DNA of 64,000 nucleotides from a virus, in the IMG/VR virus record IMGVR_UViG_3300045988_171964. One strand, written 5' to 3'. Both the position numbers and the translations under genes were made by a program. How positions within the stretch are numbered: position 1 is the first letter of the stretch; each line of letters opens with the position of its first letter. Below the pieces are notes generated by a model, which saw only the letters and a list, made by a program, of their open reading frames with translations, was not told the origin of the DNA and ran no database searches. This document shows positions 51,739 to 59,355 of this stretch, piece by piece.

Positions 51739-52851
51739 ATGGAAAATTTATCTTTACAGGAAATCATCAGCATCTTGGAGCCAGCTATCGGCGCAAGAAT
51801 GCTTACCCAGGAACAGAAGGATGCTTATGAGCAGGGATTGTCTCTCCTGGAAGGTGCAAGTAATGCACGCTCGTTTATCGAGAACTCTCGTAAGTTTAAA
51901 GACTACCATCGCCGTACCCGACAGATGATCGCCTATCTCAACAGCTACAACAACTCTCAAGCTAACGCTGCATCATCTGCTACCGACAAGCGACGTGTTG
52001 GCCGACCTACCAAGCAGGAACAGGCTGAGTATGCCGAACTTCAGAAAAAGAAAGCCATGGAAGAGGCGAAGCAGTCTCTCTTCCCTAGCCTGAAACCGGA
52101 CACCACCCTGCAGCCGCTTACCTATAATGGTATCGTAGCCAACCCTAACGGCGAAAGTATCGCTGCCACCATGCCCAACCTAATGCAGTTGCGTCCGTTC
52201 CTCTCTACCGCCCTGCAGGAGCAGGTGAACACCGTGCGTGACCTCCGCAGCGAGATGGCAAGCAAGGCAGAACAGGCTAAGACCAGGGCTGAAGCCAACG
52301 AGAAAGCCATCTCTCAAGGCAAAAGTGCCGTCTACACCGAGGATGAGATTGCCGAACTCGCCACAAGAGCCGTAGAAATCGAAAGCGATATTCTTCCGGA
52401 AATCTTCAAGGCTGTAGATAGAGAAATGGGCGAGTGTTATCTGCGACTGAGCGAGAAGACCGGAGACCCTGAATATATCGCCTATGTAAAGAAAACCTTT
52501 ACCGTGGACCCTCAGACCCTCCGTACCCAGTTTAAGCCATTCTACGAGAAGGCGCAATCCCGTGACCCTCGATTTGCCGAGCAGGTAGCCGAAAAGATTG
52601 CCAACGACCGTCCGGAAGTAAAGGCAGCACGCGATGCAGCCGCCAAGCACAAAGCAGAAGCCGATGCTCGCATCAAGTATATCCTTCGCAAGGATAAGCC
52701 ATCTACTCAGACGAGAGTGAAAGGCATCAAGGAGCGCATAGACCAACTTCGCCAGGATTTCTCTGACATCGTGACCGAAGAGGAGATTTCCGGCTATGAA
52801 GCTATTCTCACCAAAACTATAGAAGAAGCCAAAGAGGATCCCGAAGCATAA
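51739..52851 (+). CDS. hypothetical structural protein (helical, charged)
   Basis: 370 aa. Followed by H9 and promoter f. Confidence 0.45.
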   Translation: MENLSLQEIISILEPAIGARMLTQEQKDAYEQGLSLLEGASNARSFIENSRKFKDYHRRTRQMIAYLNSYNNSQANAASSATDKRRVGRPTKQEQAEYAELQKKKAMEEAKQSLFPSLKPDTTLQPLTYNGIVANPNGESIAATMPNLMQLRPFLSTALQEQVNTVRDLRSEMASKAEQAKTRAEANEKAISQGKSAVYTEDEIAELATRAVEIESDILPEIFKAVDREMGECYLRLSEKTGDPEYIAYVKKTFTVDPQTLRTQFKPFYEKAQSRDPRFAEQVAEKIANDRPEVKAARDAAAKHKAEADARIKYILRKDKPSTQTRVKGIKERIDQLRQDFSDIVTEEEISGYEAILTKTIEEAKEDPEA

Positions 52852-52865
52852 TTCCCCTCTCGCCC

Positions 52866-52892
52866 CCGTTCCCAGCGATTTCATCGCTGGGT
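52866..52892 (+). repeat. hairpin repeat H9
   Basis: CCGTTCCCAGCGATTTCATCGCTGGGT, lying between gene 51739..52851 and promoter f. Confidence 0.8.
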
Positions 52893-52899
52893 TCTTTTT

Positions 52900-52936
52900 T
52901 ATGTCCCCCCTAATAAGAAAAAACCTCCTATCTTTG
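52900..52936 (+). promoter_or_regulatory. phage promoter f
   Basis: TATGTCCCC (variant), 25-nt gap, TATCTTTG. Upstream of 52963. Confidence 0.5.
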
Positions 52937-52962
52937 CCCTATAAACAAAGAAGAAAAGCAAT

Positions 52963-53616
52963 ATGGCAAAGAATAAAGAAACCCCAGAACAGCGCACGCA
53001 GCGTTTCAAGACCCTTTGCGTCCATATCCTCGCCCAGAGCGGCAACTGCCAGGAATCGCAGCATGCCTTCAAAAGCACGCAGAGCATTCCCGATATGTGC
53101 GAGGCATGGCGCAAATACTGGCACGGCTTAATCACCGAGGTACCGCAGCAGGTAATCGATGCTTTCAAGGCGGTATATCCGGAATTTAAGGCTGATATAA
53201 ACCAGGGTGGTATCTTCTATAACGAGGATTCGCCCACCGGTACCGTCCTCGTAGGCGATACAGACGAGGAAATCCACCTCTACTCCTCCCGAAAGATATA
53301 CGTCTTAGGCAAGGCACACGTTATCCTCCATAATGCGGCTACCGCCCTCGTGATGAATGAAGGCTGCAAAGTAGAGCTATTGGATGGCAGCAAGGCAACC
53401 ATCAAGGCAGGTTACGGCATCGCCCGAAACTATGCCCACCTGGTAACTGGCAGCGAGGCAGAAAGCTACGACCAGAGTGTAGTCTTCATCACCGATGGCA
53501 CTCTTCACGACCATGGGCATCAGAAAATCAATGCTTTTGGTACGGCAACCATTGATACCTTCACCGATCGCCTCATAGATTTATACGATAACGCAAAAAT
53601 AGAAATCAGAAAATGA
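52963..53616 (+). CDS. hypothetical structural protein
   Basis: 217 aa. ATGA overlap with the next gene. Confidence 0.45.
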   Translation: MAKNKETPEQRTQRFKTLCVHILAQSGNCQESQHAFKSTQSIPDMCEAWRKYWHGLITEVPQQVIDAFKAVYPEFKADINQGGIFYNEDSPTGTVLVGDTDEEIHLYSSRKIYVLGKAHVILHNAATALVMNEGCKVELLDGSKATIKAGYGIARNYAHLVTGSEAESYDQSVVFITDGTLHDHGHQKINAFGTATIDTFTDRLIDLYDNAKIEIRK

Positions 53617-56462
53617 ACTCACATCTTACGATATTGATAAACGACAAGCCGGTAGCTTTGCCCGATGATTTCTCAATAGATATTGAGGATCAGAACCCAG
53701 TGTTCAACGATACGGAAATGTTCTCCTATCCTTTCTCTATTCCGCTGGACGGCAACCGATGGCTGGTAAAGAACATCGAAGATATTCATGCCGCCATGAA
53801 AGCCGTGAATATGGAGCACCTGCCTACTCGCATTCATGCCGACGGACTGCCATTCCGAAGCGGTACCTTGGTCATGCAGGACGATGAGGAAATAACCGAT
53901 TCACTCTCTATGAACATCGATGCCAGCACGCAGAGTTTCAGCGAGCTAATCAGCGACCTGCAATGCCGTGATATTCCTGTAAAGGACCAGATTATCATCG
54001 GTGAGAAAATCGGTAATGTGAGGGTGGATATAGAGAGCGACCCTGTGGTAAAGGTAAATGTTTTTGTTACCGGAGGTAAGCATAAGGATGATAAGACGGA
54101 AAACCACGAAATCAGAGCCGCCCACGTAAGCGTAAGCAAGGTTCTCGAACCGCAAGCACTCGGTTTCTCTTATCCTGCCAGTTGTAAGGAATATACAAGC
54201 ACATCTACCCAGCATTATAAAGGTGATGCGTATAAGCTCTCAGAGCGTTCCTATCCGCAGAACCATACAGTAAATGAGCCTACCATCGCAAATAACGGTA
54301 ACTATATAAACACCGCTGCTGCCTATGGCGAAACCGATGGCGCGGGCAGGGCAGCCGCTTACTGCAACGCCCGTATCTGTTACAAACATCATGGTCTTGA
54401 TGATGACAAGAAGACGGCGAGCGGTGTTATTAGTACGAAAGACTGTACCTGGACGAACGAAGACCTTTATCCTTATTGGGTATTGGATGCCAAACGTCCG
54501 CAGTCGGGTATCTGCTTCTATGTGCTTTATTTCCTCGATTGCCTCTTTGACTATCTGGGTGTAACTTTCGATAAGCGAGCCTTAATGCAGATAGAGGATT
54601 TGAAGCATCTCTGCTTCTTCACGACCGTATGCAGCTACGATACCGTCAGCTACCAGTATGACGAGGACGATCCTACAGGCGCAAAACAACCTAATCTTCA
54701 CCCTCATCATGGTACTTATTATCGAAAAAACGATGCCGACGTAATCGCCAAGAAGAAGAAAGCTGGTGAAATCAAGACGGGTTATTTCCAAAGCCAGGAG
54801 CATATCAATTCATGGCTGGAAAGCCGTGGATGCGGTGGAAAGATTAATATCGTGAAAGCTGAGAATAAGGATGTGCAGGAATTGACTCTTCGCACACCAG
54901 AAGGTACAACCGAGCATGTGCAGGTAGGCGAGGTTCGCGATGATGGCGGCAAGGTTACTAGTATCAGCATCGAGGCAAAAATCAGCAAGTTCAAGGTACA
55001 GGCAAACGTGCTTAATATGGTAGCCAACAGCGGCAATTTCCCTGATGAGAGCGTAAGCACCGTAATCTCATCTCTTGAAAGTGCCTTTGGTATCAAGTTC
55101 TCGTATGATTACGAGCAGAAGAAGGTAACAGCTTATCTTACCCGTGATGTGTTGCGCAAGAGCGGTAATGAGGCAAGAACGTTTCATGCCAACATCCACT
55201 CCATGGTCCCGATGACCGAGAAGATTACAGGTGTGCGTATGCGCTATTCTGCAGAGAGTGATGCAAAAGATCAGCGTCAGAATGTACTCGATAGCCGTAG
55301 AAACAAGAACATGGGTTATTCTACCGATTATGATTACATCGATTACCCTGCGCCAGATAGTGGCGATAACTCCACCGTCTATAATCTCGACTACATCGAT
55401 TTCTTCCATAATCTGAGTAGTGGAGATAAGCATTGTTATATCGACCGCAAGACTGGCAACGCTTATCGCGTAAAGGTGAATAGTGATGCACCCACGACAG
55501 CCGACTTGAAACCGGTACTCTTTGAGGTAGGTCAGTTTAAGGGTGTAGAATATGGAGATTGCAGCGATGAGAACGAAGATTTCATTCACGATATTTCGGT
55601 AGATTTTACTCCTGTTCCGTTCAATGATGTGAACTATTTCAAGGAGATAGAAGCTGCCTATGGCTCTCACGAGGCAATCGACTCCTACAACGGCAAGAAA
55701 TATGGTGTAACCATCGCCGATAGTCAGCCTATCCTCTGTGCTTATGTAGATGAGGATATGGAGCATGAGTTTGTGGAGCAGATTATCAATCAGACTATCT
55801 CTACTGCTTTCTGTGATTTCTACATGCAGCAGACACTATCACTCGTAGAAAGCTACGACCCGTCGAGCACCGATGATGGCAATTCTCCGTTGCAGGATGA
55901 TTCACGCTGGGGATATGCGGTTGCTTTGATGCGAGGTGGTGGTAGCGATGCTACCCGCCAGTCTTACGATTATAATTACGACCACTTCGGAACGTCCAAA
56001 TGGCGTACCGTATCTGGTAAGTATGCCCTGGCATGTGATTCACTGGATATGATGGGCAACGTGTTTGATTACAACGGTGTGCAGGAAGGTGTAGGCGATG
56101 GTGAACGTTTCTCGCTCAAGATACGAGCTTTCAAGGAACCATCGTGGTTAAGTGATCCGAAGTATCAAAATGTAGTACTTTGTGATAAAGATGAGGTAGA
56201 TAAAAATGGTAAGGTGGTTAAGAAGGTTCGCTCCCGTGGCCTCTTTGATACCTTCATTCTCCCATACGCCTATTTCCTCTTAAATAGAAAGAAGTTTATG
56301 GTAAGATGTACCACCACCGTAGCGCAGGTGGCCGATATACCTAACCACTGGCAGGAATGGTGGAATATAGGCGGTATGAAATGCCTTATCGACAAGGTAA
56401 ATACTACCATCGATGCCAAGACGGGCATGGGCGAAGTAGAGTTAACAGTGTACGCCCTCTAA
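53613..56462 (+). CDS. large virion/tail-associated protein
   Basis: 949 aa in the tail-fibre-proximal module. No motif recognised. Confidence 0.5.
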   Translation: MNSHLTILINDKPVALPDDFSIDIEDQNPVFNDTEMFSYPFSIPLDGNRWLVKNIEDIHAAMKAVNMEHLPTRIHADGLPFRSGTLVMQDDEEITDSLSMNIDASTQSFSELISDLQCRDIPVKDQIIIGEKIGNVRVDIESDPVVKVNVFVTGGKHKDDKTENHEIRAAHVSVSKVLEPQALGFSYPASCKEYTSTSTQHYKGDAYKLSERSYPQNHTVNEPTIANNGNYINTAAAYGETDGAGRAAAYCNARICYKHHGLDDDKKTASGVISTKDCTWTNEDLYPYWVLDAKRPQSGICFYVLYFLDCLFDYLGVTFDKRALMQIEDLKHLCFFTTVCSYDTVSYQYDEDDPTGAKQPNLHPHHGTYYRKNDADVIAKKKKAGEIKTGYFQSQEHINSWLESRGCGGKINIVKAENKDVQELTLRTPEGTTEHVQVGEVRDDGGKVTSISIEAKISKFKVQANVLNMVANSGNFPDESVSTVISSLESAFGIKFSYDYEQKKVTAYLTRDVLRKSGNEARTFHANIHSMVPMTEKITGVRMRYSAESDAKDQRQNVLDSRRNKNMGYSTDYDYIDYPAPDSGDNSTVYNLDYIDFFHNLSSGDKHCYIDRKTGNAYRVKVNSDAPTTADLKPVLFEVGQFKGVEYGDCSDENEDFIHDISVDFTPVPFNDVNYFKEIEAAYGSHEAIDSYNGKKYGVTIADSQPILCAYVDEDMEHEFVEQIINQTISTAFCDFYMQQTLSLVESYDPSSTDDGNSPLQDDSRWGYAVALMRGGGSDATRQSYDYNYDHFGTSKWRTVSGKYALACDSLDMMGNVFDYNGVQEGVGDGERFSLKIRAFKEPSWLSDPKYQNVVLCDKDEVDKNGKVVKKVRSRGLFDTFILPYAYFLLNRKKFMVRCTTTVAQVADIPNHWQEWWNIGGMKCLIDKVNTTIDAKTGMGEVELTVYAL

Positions 56463-56475
56463 CTCCCTCTCGCCC

Positions 56476-56502
56476 CCGTTCCCAGCGATTCTATCGCTGG
56501 TC
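56476..56502 (+). repeat. hairpin repeat H10
   Basis: CCGTTCCCAGCGATTCTATCGCTGGTC, immediately upstream of the KAS gene. Confidence 0.85.
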
Positions 56503-56534
56503 TCACAATAAGAAACATAAAAAATGAAATAAAA

Positions 56535-57743
56535 ATGGATAAAAAGATATTGATTACCGGAACCGGTATTCATTCTGCCCTAGGCAGAAGTACAAGAGAA
56601 GTAGCCATGAACCTCTATAAGGGTAAATGCGGATTGCATCACGACGAATGCCGCGATAAATACAATTCCGATTTATGTGGCAATGTACCTAGTTGGAAAG
56701 CAGAGTGTCTGGATATACTTACCCACGCGCAATACGAATGTATGCCTGCACATGGTTTTTATGTGCTCGATGCGGTATTCGAGGCGCTGAAGAAAGCAAA
56801 GGTCAGTAAGGAGTTTCTTGAAAACCATAATGTTTCACTTATCGTAAGTAACGACTCAGAATGTTATGAAAGCAAAGTTGTGGTCTCTCACGTAAAAAAG
56901 AACATCTCTAATCGTAGACTTCCGGTAACAACCCTATTCCGTTCACTTAATTCCACTATCAGCATGAACCTGGCCACTATCCTCGGCATTCATGGTTTAT
57001 CGCTCACCGTTAGCGCAGCCTGTGCAGGAGGTGGCCACGCCATCGGACTAGCAAAGATGTTGCTCGATAGCAAACAGACTGAAATGGTAATTGTGATTGG
57101 TGCGCAGGAATGCGGATCTCAATATTGCATGGAAGCTTTCGATGCCCTCGGTGTCTTCTCACCTGATAAAGTACAGCCGTTTGGTAAAGGCAGAAACGGA
57201 TTGGCACCATCTGGTGGCGCAGCCTGCATCATCCTCGAACCATCGGATAGTCTTCGATTGAAAGAAGAGAAGGTGCATTCATTCGCTTCCCTTTCCGGCT
57301 ATGGCTTCTCTACCAATGGAAAAGCTATCACTACCCCTGATAGTTATCAGGAAGAAGTATCTATGCTGAATGCTATCGAGAATGCAGGTTTGGATGAAGG
57401 CATGATAGACGTAGTACTTGCTCATGCTACCGGCACACCGATGGGCGATGAAGCCGAGGCAAAGGCAATAGAGAGGATCTTCCCTATCTGTCCGAACGTA
57501 GTAGCTACAAAAGGTATGACGGGTCACGAGTGTTGGATGGCAGGTGTATCGCAAGCCATACAAGCTACCATCATGCTTACATACGGTCGTCTGTTCCATG
57601 CAGCCACTACCGAGGAGAACGCCTTCCCGAAATTGAACCTGGTGATGCGCCCTAAGTATTATTCCCCTCATCATATCCTCTGTAATGCCTTTGGCTTTGG
57701 AGGTACAAACTCCTCATTCGTTATTTCGAATGTTGAATGTTGA
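56535..57743 (+). CDS. beta-ketoacyl-ACP synthase (KAS I/II, FabB/FabF-like)
   Basis: Cys-His-His triad contexts: SAACAGGGHAIG, HATGTPMGDEAE, KGMTGHECWMAG. 402 aa. The stop lies inside the left arm of P7. Confidence 0.8.
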   Translation: MDKKILITGTGIHSALGRSTREVAMNLYKGKCGLHHDECRDKYNSDLCGNVPSWKAECLDILTHAQYECMPAHGFYVLDAVFEALKKAKVSKEFLENHNVSLIVSNDSECYESKVVVSHVKKNISNRRLPVTTLFRSLNSTISMNLATILGIHGLSLTVSAACAGGGHAIGLAKMLLDSKQTEMVIVIGAQECGSQYCMEAFDALGVFSPDKVQPFGKGRNGLAPSGGAACIILEPSDSLRLKEEKVHSFASLSGYGFSTNGKAITTPDSYQEEVSMLNAIENAGLDEGMIDVVLAHATGTPMGDEAEAKAIERIFPICPNVVATKGMTGHECWMAGVSQAIQATIMLTYGRLFHAATTEENAFPKLNLVMRPKYYSPHHILCNAFGFGGTNSSFVISNVEC

Positions 57744-57764
57744 GTGTTGATTTAGGCTAGTGCC
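57728..57764 (+). repeat. P7 left arm plus half spacer
   Basis: GAATGTTGAATGTTGAGTGTTGATTTAGGCTAGTGCC, containing the KAS stop codon. Confidence 0.8.
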
Positions 57765-57773
57765 TTCGCGCCT

Positions 57774-57800
57774 CCGTTCCCAGCGATTCTATCGCTGGTC
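57774..57800 (+). repeat. hairpin repeat H11
   Basis: Identical 27-mer, immediately downstream of the KAS gene. Confidence 0.85.
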
Positions 57801-57826
57801 AGTTACTAATAAAAAGCAAAAAAAAT

Positions 57827-58099
57827 ATGAAAAAAGAAGAAATAACCTCTCGCATTATCACCATCGTGAACAGCCTGAAAACATCATGGGTAAAGCACGA
57901 AGTAACACCTGCATCTAACCTTCGTGACGAGGTAGAACTGGAGTCTCTTGATTTCCTCGATATGATCCAGCAGGTGGAAATGATGTTCCATATCAAGATT
58001 ACCCCGGAAGAGGCGAAAGATTGCAAGCTCGTTTCCGATGTAATTGCGCTCGCCGAGCGCAAAGTCAACATTCAACATTCAACACTCAACACTAAATAA
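57827..58099 (+). CDS. acyl carrier protein
   Basis: About 80 residues of helical ACP pattern. LESLDFLDMIQQVEMMFHIKITPEEA carries the Ser of the DSL phosphopantetheine site. The last 10 codons are encoded by the right arm of P7. Confidence 0.7.
   Translation: MKKEEITSRIITIVNSLKTSWVKHEVTPASNLRDEVELESLDFLDMIQQVEMMFHIKITPEEAKDCKLVSDVIALAERKVNIQHSTLNTK
58065..58092 (+). repeat. P7 right arm, displaced about 300 nt from its left arm
   Basis: TCAACATTCAACATTCAACACTCAACAC, encoding the ACP C-terminus. Confidence 0.8.
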
Positions 58100-58101
58100 C
58101 T

Positions 58102-59157
58102 ATGGCACAGAAAATCAATCTCACATCTGGTTCTGTCTTTGCCGGAAACCCGATAACCTTTACCATCACCCCCTCCGTGGCTACGAATCCATCCTTCCAT
58201 CGGGTTATCGTAGAAGTGAACTTTGATGATGGTACGGGCAGTTACGAAACCAATAAGCTCACTATTCCTGTTACCACCGAGAGAAGTGATGTATCGCTCG
58301 ATATATCCTCTGCTCTCCGTATTACGCTGGATAGCTACAAGTATACTGCCATTCCATCCACCTACCCCGTGGTAAGCTGGTACATCAAAGCCTACGATGA
58401 GTATATGGATAACAACGGAGAGGTGCATACCGGTGTAGGCGAGGTCTATTATCCAGCTGATGGCTCGAAGAATAAAGGTGAAACCAACCTTCGCTGCATA
58501 GCCGGAGCCTTCAGCGATATAGAACGATTGAAATCGGGCGTAACGAAGGCTGTCACCCTTCTCTCCTGCAAACCGACTGATACCCCCGAAATAGCCGTTG
58601 TAGGCGCGAGCTTTGTTTATCCTGTCTCCTATAGCGCAGGGCAGAACTTAGCTACCAGCAGCTCACTGACCGCCCCTGTATCTAGGGAGCAGGAAATCAC
58701 GAAGGAAGGTGCGCAGAGCATTCAGGGGCACCCTATCTATGCTCTACCGTCCTCTGAAGCTGAAGACCGTACCACCTTCCGTTTCATTAACCGCTTCGGT
58801 TGTCTAGAGAGTATCAGCGTGCCGAAATCCTACTCTCAGAAGATGAATGTCGAGAGCACGCAATATACGAAAGCTATTCAGGAAACCTTCAATCAATTCT
58901 CCCGTGCCGCTATCAAGAAGCAGAATAATCGTGAAAGCTGGCTCTATCAGAGCGACCCGCTTACCAAGGCATGGCAGCAGTGGTATCTCCATGAGTTCCT
59001 GATGTCTGAGCACGTATGGCTGAAAGCCAATGATGCCTGGCTTCCTTGCACCATCAATCTCGAAGATGAAATAACCATCAAGGACGAAACCAACAAAAAT
59101 ATGTATTCCGTTTCCTTTACTGCAAAGCTAGGTATCAACGGCAACCCGCTTATTTAG
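58102..59157 (+). CDS. hypothetical tail-module protein
   Basis: 351 aa. Starts 2 nt after the ACP stop. Confidence 0.5.
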   Translation: MAQKINLTSGSVFAGNPITFTITPSVATNPSFHRVIVEVNFDDGTGSYETNKLTIPVTTERSDVSLDISSALRITLDSYKYTAIPSTYPVVSWYIKAYDEYMDNNGEVHTGVGEVYYPADGSKNKGETNLRCIAGAFSDIERLKSGVTKAVTLLSCKPTDTPEIAVVGASFVYPVSYSAGQNLATSSSLTAPVSREQEITKEGAQSIQGHPIYALPSSEAEDRTTFRFINRFGCLESISVPKSYSQKMNVESTQYTKAIQETFNQFSRAAIKKQNNRESWLYQSDPLTKAWQQWYLHEFLMSEHVWLKANDAWLPCTINLEDEITIKDETNKNMYSVSFTAKLGINGNPLI

Positions 59158-59285
59158 TGTTGAATGCTTTTATTAATGTTGAGTGTTGAATGTTGAATGT
59201 TGATTTAGGCTAGCGCCGTTGAGTCCGTTAGGCAATTCAACATTCAACATTCAACACTCAACATTTAAAAATCCCATTCAACATT
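59157..59285 (+). repeat. P8 (complete, extended arms)
   Basis: The arms flank the spacer TTTAGGCTAGCGCCGTTGAGTCCGTTAGGCAA. An extra arm unit lies at 59272-59285. Confidence 0.9.
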
Positions 59286-59286
59286 T

Positions 59287-59323
59287 TTTGTCCCCACTAA
59301 AAAAGCGAAAACCTTTATCTTTG
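59287..59323 (+). promoter_or_regulatory. phage promoter g
   Basis: TTTGTCCCC, 25-nt gap, TATCTTTG. Upstream of the tail fibre gene. Confidence 0.6.
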
Positions 59324-59355
59324 CCTTATAAATAAATAAAAATCCAAACAAAAAA

